DNA from: Sphyrna mokarran
Lineage: Eukaryota
NCBI GenBank assembly: GCA_024679065.1
Contig: JAGIQG010000017.1
Location: 33,418,001 to 33,482,000, forward strand
Direction of reading: 5' to 3'
Length of the DNA: 64,000 bases
Shown: positions 50,743-61,569 of the stretch, one piece after another
Layout of the letters: each line of letters starts with the position of its first letter
Numbering within the stretch: position 1 is the first letter of the stretch
The notes under the pieces: model-generated
What the model was told of the DNA's origin: nothing
What the model saw: only the letters and a program-made list of their open reading frames with translations
Database searches by the model: none
Made by a program: the position numbers and the translations under genes

Positions 50743-51199
50743 TTATATTTAGAACCTGCAGGTACCTCATTGCTACTTCAGATGTGGAAGTATTCAATGT
50801 TCATTAATTGTAGCAAACTGTTCTATTGCCTTGTATTGACATCTTTCACATTCACAAGCATAAAATTTACAAGTGTAATTAAAGAAAACAAATTTATAAA
50901 ACTTTAAAGGACATCTTGGAACATAGCACTAAATACCATGAAGAATATTGAATTATTGCAAATATTTTTCTTGAAGTTGACGTTATTTTAACTGTAGACG
51001 AGAAAATCCTGATACGAGGCAGTTCAAACAATAAGCTCTGAATTTACAGTGGCAGCATCAATCTTATGAAGGAACATAGAAACAAAATACCTTGACCTAC
51101 ATCTTACTGAATATTTAGCATGTAGTTCTACAAGTCAATACTTTGAAAAAGTATGATAACTCATTCTAGGTTTCAGCTTGTTAAATAATAGAACAGTTT

Positions 51200-51524
51200 C
51201 TCATCCTTGTGTCTAAATCCCTATATGTCCTCCTCTCTTTCTCTGAGATCTCTGCATTCAACCATTCTGGCCCCCTATCTTTACTTGCATCACTATGCCA
51301 TTCAACTGGCTAGGCCCAAACTTTGAAGTTTCCTCCGGAAATTTATCTTCCTCTTTATCTCTCTCCTCTCTTTAAGATGCTCCTTAAAACCTGTCCCTTT
51401 GACTAAGCTATTGGTCTTTGTATCTCTTTATGGGGCTCAATATCAAATGTTGTCTGATTCTCATCCGTATGGGGAATATTCCACTGCAGTTAAAGTGCTG
51501 CATAAATACAAGTTGCTATTGTTG
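51200..51524 (+). mobile_element. L2 LINE 3' end
   Basis: ctctttaagatgctccttaaaacctgtccctttgactaagct...taaagtgctgcataaatacaagttgctattgttg. Confidence 0.7.
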
Positions 51525-51549
51525 AACCAAATGCCTCACTTGGAGATCA

Positions 51550-51625
51550 CTGCAGAAAATACTGGAGTTACTCAGTAGATCCGGAAATATGTGTAGAACG
51601 AGAAACAGAGTTAACATTGTCAGCC
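51550..51625 (-). mobile_element. Penelope-like terminal fragment
   Basis: gcagaaaatactggagttactcagtaga...gagaaacagagttaacatt. Confidence 0.5.
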
Positions 51626-52054
51626 TGTGCCCAACAAGTCAGAACTGGTGAACTGGTTTCATCCTAACAGAAACATTGGGCCAGGGTTTTGCCTTTGAAA
51701 CAGAAACTGAGGGTCAGGAATTTTCCAGTCTCCATGATTCCATTTCCATTCTGGCAGGCCTACTACCATATTTTCATCCAAAGGTTATGGAGTTGGGAGG
51801 TTAGAAAACCTACCTGCATTTACTGAGACAGTGCCCAAGTTGGTTGTTAGGCCCTCCAGATCTCACCCTCCAACCTTGCCTTGTCCCCTCATGTTTCCTA
51901 TGCTGTCTTCATGCCCCAATGTCCTTTCCAAGCACCCTGAGCCAGGATATATAATCAATGAGTCATATAATAACACTAGCATGAAATATGCATGAAGCAA
52001 AATTCTTCTGAAAAACTATGTTTCTCTTACATTCTCATTTTCTTTGTATTCTTT

Positions 52055-52432
52055 CATTGGATGTAGATATCACTGACAACTAGAGCAAAAGTTTCCTATC
52101 CCTAATTATCCTTGACCTAAAGGGTTCTTTTGGCAATTTCAGAGGGGCTGTTACAAGTCCCATTACTGGGGGTCTGGAGTCACACAAAGGCTAGACTGGG
52201 TAAGAATGGTAGACTTCCTCCCCTGAAGGACATTAATGAACAGATTTCTACAACAAATTAATTATAGTTTCATGGTCACCATTACTGAGATGAGTATAAA
52301 TACTTCGTACTAGATGCAAGAATTAATTGAATTTATTAATTAATTGATTTTAATTTCCATCAGTTCCCATGTTGGGATTTGAACTCGTGGCCCCAGAACA
52401 TTAGCCTGGGCCTTTATATTACTTGTCCAGTT
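52055..52432 (-). mobile_element. Shark tRNA-derived SINE
   Basis: ggtctggagtcacacaaaggctagactgggtaag...cctgaaggacatt...ttgggatttgaactc...ccagaacattagcctggg; same family as 6700-6992. Confidence 0.8.
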
Positions 52433-53177
52433 ATTAATAAGCCATTGAAAAAAACAATTTAAATAAAGATGTACTTATTCTTTGGGTTAACCAAAGCTAA
52501 CAGTCCCTTTCAAGTTGTGTAAACAACCCCTGCTGAGTTCCTTAATCATTTGTGGAGCTCAGCCAAGTATTTACAATGAGAATATCTGGCAACTGTATTA
52601 CAATATGATGCTGAACAGATGAATAGATAATTGTTTTTCCAGATGACAATCATGAATGCTTAGCTGAGCTCCACGACTGACTAATGAATTCAACATACAG
52701 AAAGGGCTTGCTGGCATTGTTTTTTGATAGGTCTGTTAGCTTGTAATATGGTTATCTTGATTTGACTTGCTTTTTCAATGCCTGTATGTATATTTGAATA
52801 TGACTAAAAAGTGTTCAAAGGACAAGAGGTTTCTTCAATCATACTTCAATCATTCTTCAATCAATTTTCAATGCCTGCGTTTGATTAACAGTATTATAAG
52901 AATGTATAAGGAGGCAATATTTTTCAAAGCGATTTTTAAATAATTTATCAAACTGTAGAGCAATTTAAAGACTTTCCAGTGTCATTATACAGGTCATTAG
53001 TTCTTAATAGTTCATGATTCCATGGTCTGACTCCATCAAAATTTCAATGGGTGAAGTGCTGCATGGGTTCAACATCTGCATTTTTATTTTGTGTTGGCAA
53101 AAATGACCAGAAACAGGGATGGGGGTAGGAATTGAGTCCTCCATTCTTACACATAAGGGGACATGAAAATCATTCCT

Positions 53178-53280
53178 GTTAACTGGTTTCTCTATCCAGT
53201 GATGCTGCCTAACTAGCTGAGCACTTTTGGCATTGTCTGCTTTTATTTCAGATTTTAAGCACCTGCATTATTTTGCCTTT
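53178..53280 (+). mobile_element. Penelope-like terminal fragment
   Basis: gttaactggtttctctatcc...gatgctgcct...gctgagc...tttatttcagattttaagcacctgcattattttgcc. Confidence 0.55.
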
Positions 53281-53691
53281 GTCCTTGTTTGAAGATCAGT
53301 CCTCCTGCTTTCAACTTTTCTGTTATTCTGTAAAAGTACGAAAATTGTTGGTAAAAGACACTGCAGATGACTGGTAGTTTATTGCATTGTTGGATATAAA
53401 ATAAAGCTGTGAAACACATCAGACTGTTTGACCTCTGAATCATTGCTCCAACCAATGGAAAGTTCACAGAATGTGGAACTGACAGGCAGCATTTGGTTAA
53501 CTTGGATAGAAGGTTAACACTTTTCTTATCTGGTGTCTAATTCCAGTCACAACACAATAACAGTAACTCTGCATCTAGCATGAGAAACCTGTTATCTAGT
53601 GCATGAGATTAAAGTGAGCTAGAAACAGAATCAGTTACTTGGGAAATCTCAAATTATTCTCAAGCCACTAATAACTAGGTGCAAAATTACT

Positions 53692-53981
53692 GGGCAGCAC
53701 AGTGGCATAGTAGTTAGTACTGCTGTCTCACAGCCCAGAGACCTGGGTTCAGCTCCCAGCTTGGGTCACTATCTGCATGGAGTCAACATGGATTTCCTTC
53801 GGATGCTCCATTTTCCTCCCAAAATCCAAAAGACGTGATAGTTATATATATTGACCATGCTAAATTCTCCCTCAGCGAAACTGAACAGGTGCCGGCATGT
53901 GATGACTCAGAGATTTTCACGGTAACTTAATTGCAGTGTTAATGTAAACCTACTTGTGATACCGGAAAATGAACTTTTAAA
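53692..53981 (+). mobile_element. V-SINE, alternative-tail variant
   Basis: gggcagcacagtggcatagtagttag head; tail gattttcacggtaacttaattgcagtgttaatgtaaacctacttgtga. Confidence 0.85.
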
Positions 53982-54368
53982 CTTCCCTGCACAGGACAGT
54001 GCATTCAGGGTGCCTCCTACTGGTTCCCTCATGAAGTAGCATATTCTCTTGAAGTTCGTGATTAGCCTGTTCATTCTCGATTTAAACAGAGCTGGACAGA
54101 ATAGAGAAAAATAACAATATCTAGATTAATGTAAAGGTGTTGCTTAAGAACTTAAGATAGAAATAAAGAAAACAATATTTGGATCTTATTGCAGATCGAC
54201 GTTCAAACTCTACTGAGGAAATTTGCATCTACTTCATCCTTGAAGGGAAAGCCAGCAACTCCCTACTTTCCATTGACATTGTGCAGTCCCTTAAAGATAA
54301 CTAATTCATATAATTTAAAGGGGTGTACTGTTTTGAAAAAAATGTCACACACACCTGCACTGCCAAAA

Positions 54369-54636
54369 GGTGGCAAATGGTTAGCACTGCCATCTCACAA
54401 TGCCAGGGACCTGGTTCCATTCCTAGCTTGGATCACTGTGCGGAAACTGTACATTCTCCCTGTATCTGTGTAGGTTTCCTCCCACAGTCTGAAAGATGTG
54501 CTGATTAGGTGCATTGGCCATGCTAAATCCTCCCTCAGTGTACCTGAAGTGTCAGAGGGTGGCAACTAGAGGATTTTCACAGTAACTTCACTGCAGTGTT
54601 AATGTAAGCCTTACTTGTGACAATCAAAAAATAAAT
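54369..54636 (+). mobile_element. V-SINE, alternative-tail variant
   Basis: tggttagcactgcc head; tail gattttcacagtaacttcactgcagtgttaatgtaagccttacttgtgaca. Confidence 0.85.
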
Positions 54637-56274
54637 ACTAAAAGAAATTCAAAAAGAGCCATTATAGCTATGGTTATAGGTCATATCAAAGTTTTGGCAA
54701 TAACTAATTTTCTGGATAATTTCAAAAATGCACTCTATATTACTGTCTCCTCAAACACACATCGCAATTAGGAGAATCACCTTTGATCCTTCTGGGTACA
54801 ACCAGACAAGAAACCAGACACTTTCCTTTGTTGCAAGAAGGTAACATTTCCCTTAAATTGTAATTGTCCTCTTTCATGTGTTATTTCCTATTCTACATTG
54901 CTTCATTTTCCTATTTCCTTTTTGCACTGTGTCTCCTTTAAATCATGCCTCAACCTAAAAATGGCATTTCAGTACATGGGTTATGTTTGAATGTGCTTAC
55001 CACACTCAAAATTGACTTCTTGGGATGACATTTATGTTTCGCATAAGTACAAAGATTATGATTTTGCAGTTAAATCAATGACTATGCATCAGAGAAACAA
55101 CTTGTGGGGTAGGGGTGGGGGTGGAGAGCCCACTGGAATTGGCATCAAAGCATAAATCTAAAAAAAATCACGAAATTCTGTCTGCAGGCTGGAGGATTTA
55201 AGCAGCCAGAAGTAAGGTAAAATGCACTGACTTGAAACAAAAAGGTAAATGACACATTTAAGGGCAAAATACAGTCAAAGCAAAAAATAGCCCCTTTTCA
55301 ACATAATGCCCCATTTCCCTGGCATTATAGGATAATATTGCTGCCACTATTGCCTTTAATCAGGTTATATAATTTAAAATGAAGCCAAATCATTCTCATT
55401 GTTCATAACACAGGAATCAGAACCATAAACAAATTAATTGGTGCATCGAGGTTTTGACTGGGTCTTTTGGCCAGCGCTAGCATTAACACCAGCAACGGGG
55501 ACCCTCTGGATTTTTAGTGCCTGAGGGTGGAAAGCAATTATAAAAACATGACTCTCCCAGATCAGCTTTCAACTTCACCATGTCTCTGTTTTATTGATGG
55601 AAGACTGAGGGAAGATTCAAATCAACCATCTTTAAATTCTTTCCAGCAGCATAGTGCCAAACTCATTAGCTTTTCCTCTGTAAATTATGGCACCTCTATC
55701 TTTTATTCAATATTTGCCTGTTTTTGTCCTTATGACTGTATAATTGCCTACTTAATGCATAATTTATCATGTACAATTATAGATTTTTAAGTGTAACTAA
55801 GGGTGACATTTTAGCATTGAGAAATCTAAAATTCCAGAAAAAAATTATAATTATGCACAATTAGAAGATACTTCCATTATAAAAATCTACACTCACTGGT
55901 GCTTTTGTATGGTACAGATCTTTATAATATCAAACTGTGTTTGTGACTGAATTACATTTAACAATGCAATCAGAACAATGCAAAATATTTCCTTACATGT
56001 ACTTTCTGAATTTTAATTCCCCTTCAATTAATTTTGTGCATTTATATGGGGAAATGCATGCAGCAGCCCAAATTCCTCATGTACAACAGGCAAATGGGTG
56101 CATCTAGCATCGGCGACAAAACTCCTACATACAGGAGAATCCACAATGATACAGGCATTGTTTCCTGACATGACTGCCCTGTTTTGACTTCTGACCTAAA
56201 GGGGCATTATAATCCATTTAAATGAAAATGCATCAGGTTGTATATAAGCATTATTACATTGTTTCCTAGTTTAG

Positions 56275-56547
56275 TGTTGATTTATTAGTGCCACAAGTCA
56301 GCTTACATTAATACAGCAATGAAGCTACTGTGAAAATCCTCTGGTCACCACACTGCTGTTTCTTTTTTGGTACTCTGAGGAAGAATTTCGCATGGCCAAT
56401 CCACCTAACCATGTCGGAGGAAACCGGAGTACCGGGAGATGCTGACACAGCAAGAATGAGCAGACTGTGCACAGACAGTGACCCAAGCCGGCAATCGAAC
56501 CTGGGTCCTTAAGCATTGTGAAGCAGCAGTGCTAATCTCTGTGCCAC
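56275..56547 (-). mobile_element. V-SINE, alternative-tail variant
   Basis: tttattagtgccacaagtcagcttacattaatacagcaatgaag...acagacagtgacccaagccggcaatcgaacc. Confidence 0.85.
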
Positions 56548-56707
56548 TTTTATGTCATGATGCCAGACTTCTCTGCCTACAAAGAAAACCAACAGTCACA
56601 AATTCCAGTGACATTTCACAGCTACCCAATTCAGAATTATGATCAATGGTGGTATTTATTCCAATAGTCCATAGGCTAAAGGGAAATAATAATCTTACTG
56701 GATCACT

Positions 56708-56885
56708 GAATGTTATAGCAGAGAAGAATGCCATTTGGTCATCATATCTGTGGCCACTCTTTCAAAGAGCTATCCAAATGGTCCCACTCCTCAGCAGTTT
56801 TCCACAGCAGAGTATTTCTTTCTTCTTCCAAGTATGTATCTAATTTCCTCTCACTATTGAATCTGCTCTCACCAATGTTTTGGGA
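56708..56885 (-). mobile_element. Old CR1 3' UTR fragment
   Basis: atagcagagaagaatgccatttgg...ctctttcaaagagctatccaa...gtcccactcc, resembling antisense CR1 tails such as 49462 onward. Confidence 0.5.
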
Positions 56886-57472
56886 ATCCACTCATCTTCA
56901 TAGGGAGAAAGGACATTTTCCTTTCTCAGGAGAGATCTTGCTGAGGGAGGTGATTGCAAAAGGAGGTGTCCATTTTGAATGTGAGGGGCAAGAGAATGCT
57001 GTCAGGTCTGCCTGGGAAGTGACAGCCAAAATCATAGTTTCTGCAGTAAAGAGGCCAGCCTCCAAATGAAAAAGACATTTGATTATCTTGAAGAAACTTG
57101 CCATGGTAAATGACAGTTGCACATTTCACTTTATGGAGTGCTGCACAGACTTCTCTTCAACCAGTTGCATATTCACATCAGATATTTGCAAATCTTTTAG
57201 CCCTTTCTAAACTGTAACATAAGATAACCAAATTCAGGCTTGATATACTTTGCACCTCCCTTGTAAACCTCTCACCATTCTGACTGATGGAACATGGGGC
57301 ATGGATGATGCATCCCTACAATATTCACTTAAATGCTGAGACAATGGGCTCATCTACTTCCTATTAGTCAGTGACACTCATCTGCCCATTAACATTTGCT
57401 CCAAGCAAGATGGAGAGTTAGGGAGCATAATTCTGAGAGTTTCTCTCCAAGACACACGTGTGAGAGAGAAGA

Positions 57473-57506
57473 GTGTGTGTGTGTGTATGTGTGTGTGTGT
57501 GTGTGT
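57473..57506. repeat. (GT)n microsatellite
   Basis: Directly visible. Confidence 0.95.
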
Positions 57507-57623
57507 AAGGGTCCATCAGGGGTATCTGTTCTGCTGAAAGCAATGTGGGATTTAATTAAAGCTTTCAAGAACTTCCAAGACTTTTACTGAGTGCTAATCA
57601 AATCTCACCTCAGAACCTGCTGA

Positions 57624-57953
57624 GGGCTATATGTTGGCACATTGGTTAGCATTGCTACCTCACAGCAGCAGGGATCCGGATTCGATTCCGGCCCTGGTTT
57701 GTTGCCTGTGTGGAGTCTGTATGTTCTCCCTGTGTCTCCTTGAGTTTTCTTCGGGAGCTCCAGTTTCCTCCCACAGTCCAAAGATGTGTGGGTTAGGTTA
57801 ATTGGACATGTTAAATTGCCCTTAGCGTCAGGGAGATTAGCAGGGTATAGATGTGGGATTATGAAGATAGGATCTGTATGGGATTATTGTCAGTGCAGGC
57901 TTGATGGGCCAAAAAGCGTTCTTCTATGCTGTTCTATTCTATTCTATTCTATT
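57624..57953 (+). mobile_element. HE1/V-SINE with (ttcta)n tail
   Basis: tggttagcattgct head, B-box ggattcgattcc, V domain, tail ttctattctattctattctatt. Confidence 0.9.
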
Positions 57954-58159
57954 GTATGAGGCTTCCATTATAACATGTATGGAGGAAATTCCAAGGCATC
58001 CTAAGGCAAGCCTAGATTCAATCACTTGCTTGGAGGAGAGGATTAAAAGGAAGAATCAGCTCCTTTACTTCCCTTGACCTGGATATAGTTTGGGATTCAC
58101 TCAGGACCTGGAACACATGGCCTCCAGTTAGGTGAAGCACCTGTTTGTTTTTTGTTTGT

Positions 58160-59060
58160 TTACAGGATGTGGGCACCTCTGGCTAGGCCTACATTTATTG
58201 CCCATTTCTAAGTGACCTTGAGAAGGTGGTGGTGAGCTGTCTTCCTAAATTGCTTCAATCCCTGTAATGTAGATACATTCACAGTGCTATTAGGAAGGGA
58301 GTTCGAGGATTTTCATCCAGCATTCAAAATATATTGCTGTTCTTTCCTGACTGAGCCAGGATGATGACTGACGTAGAGGGGAATTTCCAGGTGGCAGTCA
58401 TCCCATGCATCTGCTGCCCCTGTCCTTCCCGAAGGTGGTAGTTATGAGTTTACAAGGTGTTGCCTAAAGAGCCCTGGTGAGCTCCTGTGGTTCATCTTGC
58501 AGATGGTACACACTGCTGTTACAGTGCATCGCTGATGGAGTTGTGGAAGGGAAACCAATCAAGTGGGCTGCTTTATTTTGGATGGTGTCGAGCTTCTTGA
58601 GTGTTGCTGGAGCTGCCTCATCCAGATAGTGGAGAGTGTTCCATTACACTCCTGATTGAGGCCTTGTAGATGATGGATAGGCTTTGGGGAGTCAGGAGGT
58701 AAGTTACTCACTACAGTATGCCTAGCCTCTGACCTGCTCTTACAGGCCTAGTATTTATACAACGAGTTCAGTTTCTGGTCAATGGTAAAACTCAAGATGT
58801 TTATCATGAGGGAATCATCAATTGCAATACCTCTGAATGACAAGGAATAATAGTCAAATTCTCTCTAATTGGAGAAGTCATTCCTGGCACTCATGTGGTA
58901 TGAATGTTATTTGTCAGTTCGGGCCTGGATATTATCCAGGTTTTGCTGTTTATAGACATAGACCACTTCAATATCTGAGGAATTATGAATATGTACTCAT
59001 TAGCAAACATCCCCACTTCTGAGCTTATGACAAAGAGAAAGTCGTTGATTAAGCAGCTAT
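58160..59060 (-). mobile_element. CR1-group LINE 3' portion (tail shared with the 14091-type SINE)
   Basis: ggatgtgggc...ggctaggcc...catttattgcccat...ccttgagaaggtggtggtgagctg is the reverse complement of 46960-47180, then continues into decayed ORF2. Confidence 0.8.
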
Positions 59061-59062
59061 CC

Positions 59063-61275
59063 TGATGAAAACAGAACTAAAGGGGTTAATCGCTACACAA
59101 TAGCTAGAGTGCATATGATCATATGTAATTGGAATCTAAGAGAAATATGTTCTAATGGAGTCCATAGAACCATAGAAACACTACAGAGCGGAAAGATGCT
59201 ATTCAGCCCATCAAGTCTGCTCCGTATCTCTGAAAGAGCATCCCAACTGGGCCCTCCCTTCTACCCTATCCCAGTTACCCTATACATTTACCATGGTTAA
59301 TCCACCTAACCCGCATATCTTTGGACTGTGGGAGGTTAACCTGGAGCACCTGAGGAATCCTATGCAGATATGGGGAGAATGTGCAAATTTCAAGTAGATA
59401 GTCACTCGAGGCTGGAATTGAATCCGCGTCCCTGGCGTTGTGACGCAGCAGTGTTAACCACTGTGCCACTATGTCACCCAAAATGTTGAGGTCCCACTGA
59501 ATCCTGCACAATCTGTCTCTGTAAATAGCATCAATAAATATAGTCAAAAAATGTTCATGAGTTTGCAATAACACGGTTTCCAGCTCTCTTCTATCAAGGA
59601 TATCCAGAGCTTGATTTGGATATTATTACAAGGTGGCAGAGGTCTGCAAACCATTTTTTAATTGACCCTGGCCGACCCTAAGATAGGCAGAATGCAAAAA
59701 GCTGTCAACGCAGCAGGGCCCAGTAAATGGAGCCACAAATTGTTACCAGAGCCCCCATGACAGCTGGCCACAAATGCACAGAGCTGTGGAGAAAGTTTTA
59801 CTTCAGCGCCTGAACTTTGTGGAGGGTCACAGTCACAGGAGAAACTGGCATGCTGATTCAGTTGATAACAGCTGCCTCTAGACTCACTCAGAAATCAGCT
59901 ATGGATCAGGTCAGTCATCTCCTTTATGCAACCTGCAGGCTCTACTGACGACAATTTAAGAAGGCAAGGCATTGATGAAGAAACTGTCAAATATGAAATG
60001 GTCATCAAAGACTTCAATTTCTGCTTTAGTCAATGACATAATACTAAAATAGACTGGGCAAAATTCAACTGGTGCAGCCAAGAACTGCTTGAGAACATTG
60101 ATTCTTTTATAAAATACCATAAGTATCACTGTGAAAATGGGACATTGAGAGAGGAGCTCATCAGAGGCCGCATCACAGTGTGGGTAATAGATGAAGCACT
60201 GTTAGACCAGTTCCAGCCCAGAAAAAACCTGACTTTGTCCAAGCAGTATGGTTAACCTGGCAGGCCGAACTCCACTGGTGTGACAGATCATTGAGGATGA
60301 TAGGGAACTTTCCCGGGCCTCCTGACCAGCAACTCGGTTCAATTCATGACCAACAGAACTGTCAGCATGCCTGCTGGAAAATGGAACCGGTTTGCAGAGG
60401 GTGCAGTCATCGCCATTGGTCCATGTCTGTGTTACGGCAGGAAAAGATGCATCAGAGTGAAGTCTGCCCAACAAATTAATGCTGAGAGTCGCCACAAGAG
60501 GGGGCATCGTTCATTTCTCTTCGAGGTGTGGCTAGGGGAAACAAAAGACAGTTGCATCAAGGGTGAAGGTGACCAGCTGCAAGATAACGTTCTAGACCTT
60601 TACTTACTCTTCCTGGAAGGATTGGAGGACTATGATACCTGGGGTGCCACTGATATTGATGATTTATCACAGGAGGAGATGCTGAACCTCGCTTTACTTT
60701 TTGAAGACAGTGTGGCTGAAGGTAATAATGACGATGACAATAACGATGACGATGGTAGCCCAGGTAACTCTGCTGAAGGGATCAGCATATGATTGAAGAT
60801 GATAAAGATATGAATCTATCTGTTCATTCTGCTGAAGACACCAATGACAGACAACAATATCTTGATGAAGCAACTCTTTTGTACAATGAAAAACCAAGTC
60901 CAGAAGTTCTCCTTATTGCCATAGTAACTGTTGTAGAACAAATCCCTGCTATTGATGCATCTGAAGTTAAATCTACAGAAGTGCTTACTACAAATCTTAC
61001 TAAAACCACAGATCTACAAAATAAGTGTAATTTCTCTGTCTTTCCAGGTTTCTTTCACTGCTACTAAAGGGTTAATGGCTATCATGTTAATATTTAGAGA
61101 GCCCGTCATCAATAATGTCAGATCACATGAGCTGCAACCTGAAAGTAAAAGGTTCTAACAGAGTCCCGTCAAAGTCTGTTTCTGTGAATAGTGTAAATAG
61201 TCAATAAATGTTCACTAGTTTGCATCAGCATGGTTTCCAGCTCTTTTCTATTGAAGACACCTACAGTCCAGTCAT
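59063..61275 (+). mobile_element. Gypsy-like LTR element lacking pol: 5' LTR (59063-59630, split by a SINE), PBS-like site, decayed gag, acidic tract, LTR-like copy (~61061-61275)
   Basis: Direct repeats 59541-59600 and 61198-61257 match 49/60; actaaagg(g)gttaat.gcta occurs at 59076 and 61063. ...ttaca|aggtggcagag junction at 59630. Gag motifs WAKFN...HCENGTLREELIRGRITVWV.DEAL at ~60055-60205 and knuckle relic HKRGH at ~60495. Confidence 0.7.
59163..59479 (-). mobile_element. HE1/V-SINE inserted into the LTR
   Basis: catagaaccatagaaa tail, gggagaatgtgcaaa V-domain reverse complement, gcagcagtgttaaccactgtgccac head. Confidence 0.9.
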
Positions 61276-61569
61276 GAATTTTAATACCTTTGCCATTGAC
61301 TCCACAACTGAAATATTGGAGAGTGTTGTGTTTCATACCTCGGAGACATGCAGAGATAACTCTCACCAGGTTCTGTCTGTGAACAGGAGCTTTATTACAA
61401 TGAGTTTACCTGTTTTCTGATATTTACTGCATACTTTCAGCTTTTCTACAACCACATCTGCAATTTTGACTCACAGAATTCAGCATAGTGAATAGTCAAC
61501 AGACATGCAATCAAAAACATAACAAATGAACAATTCAACATATCCTACTCTAACATATTCTACCCCCAT

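Noticed and set aside
52850-52873. Short tandem cttcaatca repeats (also atgttttgtag at 2339-2366)
   Set aside because: Ordinary slippage duplications.
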